Assembly: GCA_043228905.1 (NCBI GenBank)
Contig: JBHGNT010000001.1
Location: 5,456,001 to 5,520,000, forward strand
Direction of reading: 5' to 3'
Source: Azolla caroliniana
Taxonomy: Eukaryota; Plantae; Polypodiophyta
DNA: 64,000 nt
The notes below the pieces were generated by a model. It searched no databases. It was not told the DNA's origin and was given only the letters and a program-made list of their open reading frames with translations. Every line of letters begins with the position of its first letter. Position 1 is the first letter of the stretch. Of this stretch, positions 24,743-37,070 are shown piece by piece. The translations under genes were made by a program, and so were the position numbers.

Positions 24743-24744
<2 letters not shown>
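24571..24744 (-). mobile_element. Inverted, partly deleted third copy of the double-tRNA-head element, abutting (CT)n(CA)n 24745-24811
   Basis: TTGTAATTATCTTACCCTAGTGGTAAG…GTGGAATGTAGGGGTTGAACCCATGA is the reverse complement of copy 1. Confidence 0.75.
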
Positions 24745-24808
<64 letters not shown>

Positions 24809-26047
24809 CACCAAATGGAATTGCTTCCACTCACAAGAGGTTTCTGTCGAGGACGAACAGGGAGATGACACGTGGAAATATCAATTTATTATTATGTATT
24901 ACTGGTTCCGCAGCATTTCGCTACCTCGTTAGAGCTTCTCGGCGATGGCGAATGCCTTGTCTGCCTGGCTCTTTCCCTCTGTAAACATGTTGTCCTTCCT
25001 TCCTTGATTCTTTCATCCTCCTCCTCCTCCTCTTCCTTCTCTTCTTCTTCAGAGTTTCTCAGGACTGCAAACTTTTTGCTTCTGAATAGAACGGGTATTT
25101 CCTCATCACCTTACTCATTTTTATTATCTTGGATATTCTCTTGTTTACTTCGTGTATCAGATTGATATTCATTTGATTCGTGCAGAAATTATATTATTTT
25201 TCTGTATTCCGTCATTTTACGTCTTGGCCTACAAGATCTTGTTTTTCTTCATTTGTCAGAGTGATATTCATTTATTTCTTCAGATATTATGTTGTGGAGA
25301 GAGAAAGAGAGAGATTCCCTGCAGAATAAATTACTACATTGCAATGTATATGGAAGATATTTCTTCTATTCATCAAAGTCTAGTTAATGAGACATAAACA
25401 TTTAGATAGGCCAACAATGTTCTTGACGCAGAAAAAAATATAAATCTCCATGACAAAATACAAGAATGTATTTCCTACACCAAAAAGATTCATTAAGGAA
25501 TATTTCTAATAGAGCGTAGATGTCTCAGAATTTGAAATCGTTTCTTGGCCAACGGAGTTTCAAATTGGATAAAACCAATGAAAATTTGTGGTAAAAAAAA
25601 AAATCAATCAGAATATTGATAATACGAATCTATTTTGTGTTTTAAAATGCAAATCGTCTTTTTACAGAGTAATCTGTCCATGTTCTATTGTGTTTTATAG
25701 TGGAAAGCTATTGTCTAGCTATTGTTGTTTTACAGTGAAAAATAATTCTATTTTACAGTGAAAATAGTGGAAACTATTTAGTGTTTTACAAGTAAACCCA
25801 ATTTATTTTGAAATCAAACCTATTATTGTTTTGTCTACATAGCTAACTATGGCAGCATTACAAGGCAATGTATTGTTGTTCAACAATACAAACTATTTAT
25901 GTTTTGCAAAGCAAACTATTAGTGTTTTATAAATGAAAATTCTTTGGTGCTTTACAATACAATCTATTTTATGTTTGGCAATGCAACTGATTTGTGTTCT
26001 TTTAGTGCTATTATTTGTGTGATCATTTGGTTGGTATGTAAATGCAG

Positions 26048-26231
26048 TATTAGAAAGTGGAAAAGATTGGGAGGGAACTTATGGTGTTATATAGAAAGGC
26101 AAAGATATAATCACAAATGAAACCATTGCACTCGAGAAGATCCTCTTAGAGAATGATGATGAAGGTGCTCCGAGCACAGAGATCTGTGAAATATCTCTTC
26201 GCATGGAAATATAACACGAGAACATTGTGAG
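26048..26231 (+). pseudogene. CDKA: CDKA (PSTAIRE cyclin-dependent kinase) pseudo-exon
   Basis: Between CAG and GTATGA it reads [59 protein letters not shown], compared with CDKA [61 protein letters not shown]. It has three stops and a 1-nt deletion (184 nt versus the expected 185). Confidence 0.85.
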
Positions 26232-26734
26232 GTATGATTATATATGTATATATGTTATATTTTGTGACACCTCTTTGGTCTTTTGGTTAGGGTGAAATGA
26301 AATATCTCTTCGCAAGGAAATATAACATGAGAACATTGCGAGGTATGATTATACATGTATATATGTTATATTTTGTGACACCTCTTTGATCTTTTGGTTA
26401 GGGTGAAATGAAATATCTCTTCTCAAAGAAATATAACACCAGAACATTGTGAGGTATGATTGTACATGTATATATGTTATATTTTGTGGCACCTCTTTGG
26501 TCTTTTGGTTAGGGTGAAATGAAATATCTCTTCGCAAGGAAATATAACATGAGAACATTGTGAGGTATGATTATACATGTATATATGTTATATTTTGTGA
26601 CACCTCTTTGATCTTTTGGTTAGGGTGAAATGAAATATCTCTTCTCAAAGAAATATAACACCAGAACATTGTGAGGTATGATTATACATGTATATATGTT
26701 ATATTTTGTGACACCTCTTTGGTCTTTTGGTTAG
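26187..26734 (+). repeat. 111-bp tandem repeat, ~4.9 copies, with A/B alternation (222-bp higher order)
   Basis: GGTGAAATG at 26291, 26402, 26513 and 26624. Variants CGCAAGG…ACATGAG and CTCAAAG…ACACCAG alternate. Confidence 0.95.
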
Positions 26735-26794
26735 TGGTTTTCAGCCTATGCCACCTCAGGTAGTACAATGGATATCTTGGGAACTTTCTGAAAG

Positions 26795-26943
26795 AATAGT
26801 AGGTATTTTGTACAATCTGGTAAAAGATTTAAGGGTATTCATGAAAATTGAACAGAATTTCAGAAATAGTAGGTATTTTGTACAATCTGGTAAAAGATTT
26901 AAGGGTATTCATGAAAATTGAACAGAATTTCAGAAATAGTAGG
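26795..26943 (+). repeat. 70-bp perfect tandem duplication
   Basis: AATAGTAGG at 26795, 26865 and 26935. Confidence 0.95.
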
Positions 26944-27799
26944 AGAATGTTGAGAATTTGGTGGAAAATAAGAGATATATAGTATCTAATAATAAAGGGT
27001 GATAGCATTAGACCCACTGAAAAATAGGAATCTCAACATTGCCCATACTTTTGTCTTTGAGTGTCCATGTTATGATTTCAATCATTTAATGACTCATACT
27101 AAATAACTTTATTGGCTTTGTAGTAAAATAGAAAACATTGTCCTAGGAATTGAGTTAACAAAATGGTATGTAGAACTTCAGTATAGTTGGGGCAAAACGT
27201 TAAGCAGAAAAGGTGAACTGTTATGAGTGGAATACTCCCTTTAAATATGAGGCAACCCTAACTCAAGTAGCTAACTACAGTTAAACAATAGGGTTTGATT
27301 TGAATTCCCAATGGCAAGAAAATCTGAGAAACAACATTTTCCTATGACTGATAAATAGATTGAGTAGGTATAAAGGTCAACTTGATCATATCCTGCATCC
27401 AAATGCAAACTGAACTTGATTCATCTTGTCATGAGAGACTGACTTAATGAAGATACAGCCACATTATCTGATCTAGGAGCGTACTCAATCTTGATATTGA
27501 TAGTTTAAAAAAACGTCTATGTGTTTTATACTAAAATGAAGAACTGGGTCATGTGTGACCATGGTCACATTTTGATTGTGACATTGGATATATAAATGTC
27601 TCCATTTGCCTGTGAAGCATACTATCAGGTAGCCTCTTGAGCCGTATACACAGTTGCACAGTAGTATAGTACTTGTGCTCCACTTTATATGAGTTTCTTG
27701 GTTCCAAGTACACAGATCAAACGTAGAATTCCAAACTTGAAATGTTATCTCATTATACTCGTTGAATCATTAGAACCAACTAAGCACAAATAACCATTA

Positions 27800-28400
27800 T
27801 AACTAGATTATGCCAAAGTACATAGTGCTGCCAACCATAGGAAGCTGCATGTTGCATTCCAGACCTACATAAGTATTGCAATAGACTGACAGCCTGATGA
27901 TAAAGAGTTCGATCCACATCACTCTCATTATCACACACCTACTTTCCATCAGGGAGAAGGTAGGATTGCTTTCTTCTATCTAGAACTTCTTCAGGAAATT
28001 TGCTTCGGTTGGCATATATGAATGCTCTTTCTTGAGAACGAAGAAACACGATCATGAAAAAGTAATAAAAGAATCTCAAATTCACAATGTTCAATGCGTC
28101 TTTGAGTTTTTCCGTAGTACACTCAACCTGATGTAAGTTGTTGACAATCATGCCATTAACATACAACATCACGAGCATATAAACACCACCATTTTGCACA
28201 GACAATGCTCTCATGTTTGGATGGATGGCCCCAAAAGGCAGCCCATGTGCTCTAAATTTTAGTCTTATAAACCTATCGAATTCCAATGAAATTTGAGACC
28301 TATATACATGCATCCGGTAGCATTTTCATCTATAGCCTCCACATCAGCTTTCATTGCATCCACCTAATGTGAATAAACACTAGCATCCTCAATCTAATCT
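27800..28400 (-). pseudogene. Old Ty1/copia reverse transcriptase relic
   Basis: - strand pieces *VDAMKADVEAIDENAT, MLYVNGMIV (cf. LYVDD) and YHQAVSLLQYL (cf. YRQIVGSLLYL), in copia order. Confidence 0.6.
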
Positions 28401-29062
28401 AATCTAATCTTCACACCAACTGCTTTTGGCTGCAATTGTTTGTTGCACTCATTACCAGCAATGCTCCATGTGAACCACTTCAGCATAAGTTCGTGTAAAT
28501 TTACTTGAGCTTTCATCATTTTCTTGTACATCTTTCTCGATATTCACTTGATTACCAATTGAGCAACAATCATGTACATCACATGGATTCACACTTTGAG
28601 TTTCAAAATGATTCAACTCATAAAAAATAGCATCAGGAATCATAAACATCTTGCACATTACAACCTTGTACATCCAACAACGAGTAGCCATTACACCAGT
28701 ACGTAACAAACCATACTGCCAACAATGATTTTGTTATTCAACTTGTGCTTTTGATTTGTTATATTCATATGTTTTGCTACCAAAAATTGTAACGGCTTCA
28801 TGAGAATCTAATTTTGTTCAACTACACAATTTCATTGGTCAAAAGCAATTGCTTTCATATCATGGTAGTCCAAATTTTTTTGTTCAACTGCACAATTTCG
28901 TTGAATAAAGTGATTGCTTTCCTGTGTTTTATCCCTCCGTAGATGCTTGTGAACATGTAGCCACCTCTTGGGTTACTTCATAATCATTTAAAAAGAATGT
29001 ATCACTTATGGCAAGCCAATCTTTGTAGTAAGTAAAATACCACAGGATATACACTCCAAATT

Positions 29063-29065
<3 letters not shown>

Positions 29066-29105
<40 letters not shown>
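29066..29105. repeat. (TA)n microsatellite
   Basis: Direct read. Confidence 0.95.
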
Positions 29106-29107
<2 letters not shown>

Positions 29108-31332
29108 ACCAATAGAATATTGGAGTGGCTAATGTGTTCCACACATGAGTGTCCTTGATAAATGTAAGAAATCAAATTGTGTGAATCTTTGCATTATAAC
29201 CCCAAATCCATGTGGCAATTTAGGCAAACCACGAACCATTGCATGTGACGCAACTCAAAATGATATCGGCATAAAGAGATTCCATTATTGTCAATGATGT
29301 TTCAAGAACAAAGTTAGATGTGACATCTAAAGCAAATATTCGGGTATGCAAGTTTGCAACAGTACTCTTTTTTTTATGTGAACCCTCAAGTGACTACTTT
29401 GGCATGTTACATGATTTAGATATAGAGCAATTTTTTAAAAAAAATTATAAGGGACTCTAGAGTAGCATATCCTTCAATAGAGCATCTAAAATACACTCAA
29501 GTATGGATAAACTTTTGATATGCAATCATCCATAATCCACCTTATCAATGCTTTCCTCTAGAGTCTAGATCACATATACTACCATTTAATCTATTCTTGC
29601 ATCCTTTTGAGATAGACCTACATTCAATATGAGTTTTCTTTTGTTTTAAATCGATGGTTTTCTTTCTCTAGAATGTGATGTTTAAGATAAGTCTTAACTT
29701 TTTAGTCACTCATGAACTATGTTGAATTAATATTCAAGAAATGCTTTGTTTCGATTTTAGAAGAAGTGCCTTGTATTGCTTCAAAGATGTTGGTATGGTT
29801 ACATGAAATGATCATTAAATCTACTGCGTTTATACCAGATAACATTTTACTTTACCACCAAAGCTTGATTCAATCAACATGGGGTCAACGCTTGTCATCT
29901 TCTTATTTCCTAGCAAGAAAAATGTCCACACATAACTTTGTTAATTGAGCTTTGCTAAAAAGTTCTAAAGTTGAACACGCATGTTGTAGTTCATTTATGA
30001 TTTGATCATCTTTTGACAGGTTTCTTTTAAGGGAAAAGTACCAGGATACCCTTGGAAATTCGTCTATTTACCAGAATGCCCTTGGAAGTTCCAAATTTAC
30101 CAAACTACCCCAATGTCCAAAAAATTACACTTTATACAGTAATTATACACTCAAATCTACAAGCCCTATTACACTTTATAAAGTAATTATACACTCAAAT
30201 CTACAAGCCCTATTTAAGTAATTCTTTCTCCAATCACGGTGATATTATTTATGAAGCATATAAGGTGAATTTTTTAAAATAGAAAATGAATGTTAACCTT
30301 AATACAATGAACAAGTGACATTTTTTGCAAAGCACACAAGGAATTAACTTTAATACAATAAATTATATGGATATTTGTCAAGTACTTGTGTTTCTATGTA
30401 GTTGTGACAATAGTATGAATAACAAGAAACTAGGTTCATTACATAACTACCAACTTTCACCACACGAAACTAAGTTCCACAAAGGAATTCCTTTGTAGTG
30501 CTATTATCATCCAAAACTCGAAAATTGATCTAATAATATAAAGGCACATATCAAGGTTCAATGTGAAATTGATCTAATGAACAATGGAAACTAAAAATAT
30601 GCTAAAACACCATGTCAAGCTCACTTCATGAATGTTGAGACTTGATCACCCCATAAACAATTTGGAGAATAATATGTGAATGGCACCTTCTCTGATATGA
30701 ATTTATCCAGGGTAGGTTATTCAAACGGAGAGGTTCAAATCTAGGAGATGTTCACATGTGGACAAACACTAGCAGTTTGGAAAAACCAAGCTAACCAGAC
30801 AAATATTTTCTCTTCGAATGAAGTAGAAACAAAATATGGCTGAGGAAACATCCTAAGTTTCTTCATACTGGTGAAAAGGAAATTTTACAGTTTCAATTTT
30901 GCTCCCTCAGAGGCATGCTTGCTGAGATCAACACTCATCATCTCTCTTCAATTGGTTTAATCCGTGGATTATATTTAACCAATCGCATTTATTAATCCTA
31001 ATCACAGCTTAATTCACTTAATTCAATCAATATTCAAGTCAGCAAAATTTGCTATCATTTTTTTATCAACAGATAAAAGAAAAATTCCCCCAGCTCGATC
31101 TAATTTTGACCTAATCAAGATGGAGGACAAGATTGTACCTTTTGCCTCATCACAAAACAACCAGTTGGCAAAATCCCTCAAGAGACAAGAACAATATGTT
31201 TTATGGATGGCAAGAGAACTTTCACATAGAAAACCAAATTCTGTTGAAAATAAATGCAATGGATGTTTCATATTCAGACCACAGACAGCATGATTACACA
31301 CACTCACTCTAAAATTGCCTCACTTTCTATAT

Positions 31333-32535
31333 TTACTTGTTGGCAAACGCAATGCCCTTCTCGATGCTTGCTTTAAGCTCGGGCTTGAGCTTCTCCAAAC
31401 CATTTCTTTCGAATTCTGTCAAATTCTCAATGTCGGATGGGAGGAAAGCCTCGACGCCCTTCTTTCCAAGTTTAACCCGCGAAGCAAAGAATGGCAGGTC
31501 TGTGAGCTCAGATTGTACGAATGTACACTCAAAGACGTCAGGATCACCATCAAGGGCGCGGAGTGATGATTCTACGAACCTTGCAGCAGCATAAGCCATG
31601 GAGAGAGTTGCTGACCCAGCCCCTGCCTTCGCCTCAACAACTTCAGTGCCACCGTTCTGAATTCGTTCTGTGAGGCTCTCCACCTCTTCAATAGTAAACT
31701 CACAGCTTGGTTTGGCCTTCGAGAGGAGAGGGAGTATGGTGATCCCTGCATGCCCCCCGACCACGGGCACATCAACCTCGATCAATCTCAACCCTTTCTT
31801 CTGGGCAACAAATGTGTTGGCCCGGACCACATCTAGGGTAGTTACGCCAAAGAGCTTTTTGGGGTCATAGACCCCTTTCCTCTTGAGCACTTCTGCGGCG
31901 ATGGGGACAGTGGAGTTCACAGGGTTACTAATGATGTGGATCCATGCCTGGGGGCAATTCTCAGCAACAGATTCAATTAGGGTCTTCACGATGCCTGCAT
32001 TGATGTTGAAGAGGTCATCTCGGGTCATGCCAGGTTTCCTTGGAACACCTGCAGGGATAACGACGAGGTCAACGCCTTTGAGGGCATCTGCAAGCTCCTC
32101 GGGCCCAGTGTGAGCGGAGACTTGGGCAGGAGTGTTGCAATGGCTGAGGTCTGCAACCACGCCTTTCACGTTGGCTATGTCATAGAGGTGGAGGTGCGAG
32201 ACAAGCGGCGACATCTTCACAAGGAGGGACAAGGGTTGGCCAATGCCACCTGCAGCCCCGAGAACCGCCACATTGAAGGCAGCGGCGCGAACTCCCCTTT
32301 GCTTGGCCGTTAGGCGATGGGAACGGGTCACCGAGCCTGAAAGCGTCCGTGATAGGAGAGATGCATGGCCGAAGAACGAAGGAGAAGACCTGCCTGGGGA
32401 ATGAGGGAGAGGTTTGAGCCCTGTGAATCGAGGAAGCGAGAGAGATGAAGAAGATGGTGATGATGATGACGATGATGACGAAGAGAACGAACACATGGTG
32501 GATAGATTTGCTGCTGTATACATCTGGGAAGCCAT
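31333..32535 (-). CDS. pdNAD-MDH: Plastid NAD-dependent malate dehydrogenase, 400 aa, intronless CDS
   Basis: Ser-rich transit peptide, then [64 protein letters not shown] and [15 protein letters not shown]. Confidence 0.95.
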   Translation of the reverse strand: MASQMYTAANLSTMCSFSSSSSSSSSPSSSSLSLPRFTGLKPLPHSPGRSSPSFFGHASLLSRTLSGSVTRSHRLTAKQRGVRAAAFNVAVLGAAGGIGQPLSLLVKMSPLVSHLHLYDIANVKGVVADLSHCNTPAQVSAHTGPEELADALKGVDLVVIPAGVPRKPGMTRDDLFNINAGIVKTLIESVAENCPQAWIHIISNPVNSTVPIAAEVLKRKGVYDPKKLFGVTTLDVVRANTFVAQKKGLRLIEVDVPVVGGHAGITILPLLSKAKPSCEFTIEEVESLTERIQNGGTEVVEAKAGAGSATLSMAYAAARFVESSLRALDGDPDVFECTFVQSELTDLPFFASRVKLGKKGVEAFLPSDIENLTEFERNGLEKLKPELKASIEKGIAFANK

Positions 32536-32571
32536 GGCTCTACTCTCTCTGCTTCTGTCCCTCTGTCTGTA

Positions 32572-32575
<4 letters not shown>

Positions 32576-32643
<68 letters not shown>

Positions 32644-32666
32644 TCTCTCTCTCTCTCTCTCTCTCT
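32576..32666. repeat. (TG)n(TC)n compound microsatellite just upstream of the MDH start codon
   Basis: Direct read. Confidence 0.95.
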
Positions 32667-35285
32667 GAGGTTTGTTGGCTATGGCGATCTGTCAAGGTTT
32701 AGCAGGGGAGAAGAAAGAAAGAAAGAAAGAAAGAAGAAATGAACACAAACTGTCTCAGCCGTTCGATTGTTGGAATGAATCGTAGCCCTCCGAGCATGCA
32801 AGGGCAACTTTTCAATTTATAAAGACACACACCCACATTGTTATGTAATAAAGCAAACTGTTTGTTCTTTCTGCTGCTATACTGGAGAGATTCGTTGATT
32901 TGCTTATGCTTCATGTTATCTTGTTTCCGGAATCAAACCTAGAAGACCATAATTGAGTTTTTTTCTACAATACTATTGGGAGTTCCAACACTTAGTTCGT
33001 ATCAATAACATTGGCAATAAAACAAATGCCCAAAATGTCAATGCATGCTTAAAACTACAAAGAAATCTAGCATTCAAAACATCACGCTAGCATATAATGA
33101 AGTATTGAATAATTTCATGCATTCTACCAATAATGTTCAAATTCTGCAATTCTAGTCCGGTGTCAAAAATTGCCAAAAATATAAGCATTTGAGTTCCAAT
33201 CATTTAACATATTTGATCAAGGGCACTGACAAGTTTGATATTTATAACAAATTGACCATTGGCCATCTTTTATAACATTCCCTCTTTTTTTGTTGTTTTC
33301 ATGCATGGGTATTTTTTGGGTGTGCATTGATTGATGAGAACTTTGTGTAGCGAAGTTCTTTGTCATTAGGGTTATATAATATTTAGGGAAGTTCATAACT
33401 GATAATCCGCATAATATTGATCATCCTATTCTCACCAACTTGTGTTCGCAATGGTTCAAAGAGGATATTATGTGTGGGTGTGGCAAATGAAAGCAACAAA
33501 CTAGCCAAAAATGACAGGTCATGATAGATCATACACGTGGATGTACATTGTAGAGAATGACATTGAGGCATTTCAAGACAAATTACCAAATTAAAACAAT
33601 GATGAATTTGTAAGTATGTTGTATATTTTTTGCGATACTTGACAAGAGATAAACAAATATGATTACATTTGCCATGTATGGAAAGAGCCATTATATAGTA
33701 GAGCTCATGTGTCAAAGCTTAGAATACTATTGGACTTATCAAGTACGTTTTTTACATTTTCCTTTCTAAATACCATCATGACATTAAGAAAAATTGTGTT
33801 ATGTGTGGTAAAAGTTGTTAGTGCTAAGACTTCCAAGCAATATACCATGTAAAGTGCTACATAATTTTCTTCTCATTTCTCATATGAGGCACGTGTGAGA
33901 GTTGTTTCAAACTAAACCGTCACAATCAATTATGCCAACATGGTGCAAGGTTGATGTTTGGTTCAATGAATTCATTGCTTTTAACCCAATCTCGAACTAT
34001 ATGCCTCATAACGATAGGTGAAACAAATCCAACAAGGACAACAATCCTCGTTGCTTGGTACTGGCGGCCAATTATCTTTTCAAGCCTATTTTGTGATTGT
34101 TTCCATATTTCCATCAAATTATCTCGTATCAAGATATGACAAAGTCGTGATGTTCACGAGACTGTCTTCTTGGCAGTTGTTAGCTATGGATACAAATCCT
34201 ATTGAAGAAGTGTATATTCTGGTCAAAGTCAGTGTTACGTTCCCTCAAGCGCAATGGTGTGAGTTACACCCAAAATGAGCTTTTGTGAGTATTTCTATTA
34301 TTTCCAAAATAATTGTTAGGGACCAAATTTGTCATAACATAGTCATAGTCATAACATTTCTTATGTCTTTCTTTCGTAGATGATACAAACCAAAATTGTC
34401 TCAACTCCAATTTCTAAACAAAGGACATTGAACGTGTAGACAATGACGATATTGCCGACAACTCTTAAAATAGCAAGGACATGTTACCTTTACTCGTAGA
34501 GAACAAGATTGATTATTAAAATGTCATTGCATCTTTAACCTTTTATAATTACTTTTAATTTCATGTAGAACAATTATGGTCAATATGCAGTTCATTCTTT
34601 TACTATTGTTCAATCTTCCTCATGATATGATTTTTATGGTAAAAAACATAACATAAGAATATTGAAACCTAGGAAAGTCGCCGGTCGGACGGGTTTCAAC
34701 ATTTTTAGTTTTTATGGTCAATAGTGACATCAACACTTCAAAGACCATTGACATATTCAAATGGGTCTTAACCTTCGGTTGTTGACAAATTAATAGCATA
34801 CAAAAAATTTGTTACCAATTCTAGTATCGAATAGTGTTGGAATTTTAGGCACCACTAAGATTCTGATAAGCGGCGGAAACTTCTCTATTGTAAAACCATT
34901 TTCAAGTGCCAAAAGTTTTCAACAGTGTTCAATTTAAGGATTAGGGTTGGGACTTATGCCATTTAAGAGAAAATGCCAAATTTTTGTAGTAGGAAGAAGT
35001 GCATACAAACAAAGGTCATGTCCAACACTTGTAATAAAGGGGCAAATTTTGGTTTTGCAAGGTTTCTAACCATAAACCCAAAAGTGGTGGTAACATCTCA
35101 ATCCATGGTTCAGATCCAAGCTACCCCTGAGAATCGATTTGATGCCACGAGTTTGCACCTCTTGAGCGAGGGATGTAGTGACACTTTGTGCATATCAATG
35201 TTGGGTTAACAATTGGCAATGGTGGTGGACATTTTTCGTATGCATACGAGAGAGCAAACAACTTTGTGGTGTTGATGAGAAGCAT

Positions 35286-35496
35286 GAGAGCTAAACAAAA
35301 GGATCGAAGCTAGGTTGTGGTTCGCATAAACCAAAACTAGGGTCCCACTCACCAGAAGGGAAAGAATGGGAAGCTTGAGAACTAAACGAAACAATCGAAG
35401 CCTGGTTGTGGGTCCCATCTACCAGGGCTTCTTCTAGGGTACTCTACCCACACATTAGAAGGGATAGAATCGGAAGATCGAGAGCTAAACGCTAGG
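35286..35496. repeat. Left part of a ~90-105-bp minisatellite split by the copia insertion
   Basis: Unit GAGAGCTAAACG…GTGGTTCCCATCTACC…CTAGGGTAC…GAAGGGA…GGAAG. It continues at 42656-42890. Confidence 0.8.
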
Positions 35497-35650
35497 TGTA
35501 AAAGATTATGTGTGGAAGCAATAGAAAACCAAACACACCAAAAATACGCAGGTTTAATGGAGAGCTTGAGTATGCACGGTACGCGGGAGAGATAGAGAGA
35601 GAACACACAAAACACTCAATTCAAAAAATACTAACTCTCTGTACATACAC

Positions 35651-37070
35651 TGTTGTTGTGTGGTTTTCCACACACGATATGAATACTTGTAAAACATTTA
35701 TTTAAGATTAGCTTAATGTATTCATATAGATAGATGTCTTCAAGAGTTTCATAACGTATTTTACTATGCATGAAACGGATAAACAAATATCAAGTTATGT
35801 GAGTGTGAATTTTGAAGAAAAAGAAAAGACAAGACAAAATTGTGGGATATCCCACATAGATAGGACAACATTGGAACCCAAAATATATAACGGAAACCAA
35901 AACATATTCATTCTATTAATGTGTGGAGCATAAAATGTTCAAGGTGACTTGGGCTACACTATGTGGTGTGCACACTTCCAGCGTTCACGTGTGTGCATGG
36001 CCTTGTGGATGTTTTTGGACGTACGCACGCATGGACGTCTTCGGATGTACATGCATGTGCAAGTTTCGGACGGACGTGTATGTGCGGACGAGCGCGTAGA
36101 TGCGTGTGTGCACGCGCGCATGCGTGGATGCGTACACTAGGGTGCGATTGAGACTTTTGCGCGCGGATGCGTACACGGTGCAGGTAGGACGCGTGGATGC
36201 GTACACTAGGGTGCGGTTGAGACTTTTGCGCGCTAACGCGTCTACGGTTTGGTTGCGACACACGTACGGATTGCGCACGGGCTAAACGTGTGTGTGCAAG
36301 TTTCGGGCGTACGCATGGATGTTTCAGACGAACGTGTATGTGCGGATGAGCGCGTAGACGCGTGTGTGTGCACGCGCGCATGTGTGGATGTGTACACTAG
36401 GGTGCAGTTGAGACTTTTGCGTGCGGACGCGTCTACGGTTTGGTTGCGACGCACGTACGGATTGCGCACGGACTAAACTTTATGGATGATTGTCTCATTT
36501 GGCCGAATTATACGGACAATCGCACGCAACCAAAAGCCAAGGCCATGCAACTAAAAGTAAAAGGCATGCATCTAAAAATGGAAGCATGCAACTAAAAATA
36601 GAGGCCATCCAACTAAAAGTGGGCATGCAAAGTAACATTGGGGAGGAGGAGCAACGAGGAGCTCGATATATGTCCCATTTTTTCCCTCCTAGTTTTGTTT
36701 TCTTCCTTCTTTTTCCCTCTCGGATTCGAGAAACAAATTATCTCACATATTGATATCAAACTCCTAGCTTTGTTTACTTGATCAAGTTGTCAAAAATTAT
36801 CTCTCGTATTCATATCGGACCACTCCTTGCATGGTTGTTGGCTCCTTTCTTTGAAAAATTAATCTCTCATTTCCATACCATACCCATTGTAACACGATTT
36901 TGAAATGATAAAGAATCGATTTTCTTTTGCAATAAACTAATGATTTGTCTCTCCCACTCGTCTTATGCTTAAAACTTGCTTGTGTTGTACATGTTGCTCT
37001 AAATCCTTCTAGTCTAGAACCCCTGCGGTTCCGTCTCACGATCCGCACATAGTGATGGATTTTCACGACA
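35651..37070. mobile_element. 1.4-kb non-coding insertion nested in the copia 3' LTR (probable solo LTR; junction atypical)
   Basis: Absent from the intact 5' LTR (…GTACATACACCGTGCTC…). Ends TGTTGT…ACGACA. Contains a CpG-rich tandem repeat at 35985-36480 and CAACTAAAA repeats at 36528-36625. Confidence 0.85.
35985..36480. repeat. CpG/GC-rich internal tandem repeat of the nested element
   Basis: AAGTTTCGG at 36061 and 36298. TACACTAGGGTGC…TTGAGACTTTTGCG at ~36133, 36202 and 36393. Confidence 0.85.

Noticed and set aside
24962-24971. TGCCTGGCTC, the first 10 nt of miR160
   Set aside because: The match stops at 10 nt and no hairpin partner is visible.
26187-26734. CRISPR-like array
   Set aside because: Whole units repeat with no unique spacers, and the context is eukaryotic.
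27400-27720. Further CDKA exon remnants (…YLI*ERTQS…, *Y-CAP…EFLGSKY)
   Set aside because: The order fits CDKA, but the similarity needs several frameshifts and is too weak to call by eye.
30030-30215. Mutator-like TIR start GGGAAAAGTACC… plus a short tandem duplication
   Set aside because: No matching opposite TIR or TSD was found in the window.
31333-32535. Intronless, GC-richer MDH as a retrocopy or horizontal transfer
   Set aside because: It has a transit peptide and intact motifs, and as I recall the plastid NAD-MDH CDS is intronless in other plants too.
33926-34280. Possible DNA-transposase remnant on the - strand (DN-GRQYQATR)
   Set aside because: A single weak motif that requires a frameshift; no termini found.
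35949-36476. Cluster of short Arg/Val/Cys/His-rich ORFs
   Set aside because: By-products of the CpG-rich tandem repeat. The same applies to the LSLS/RERE/CVCV/HTHT ORFs over microsatellites.
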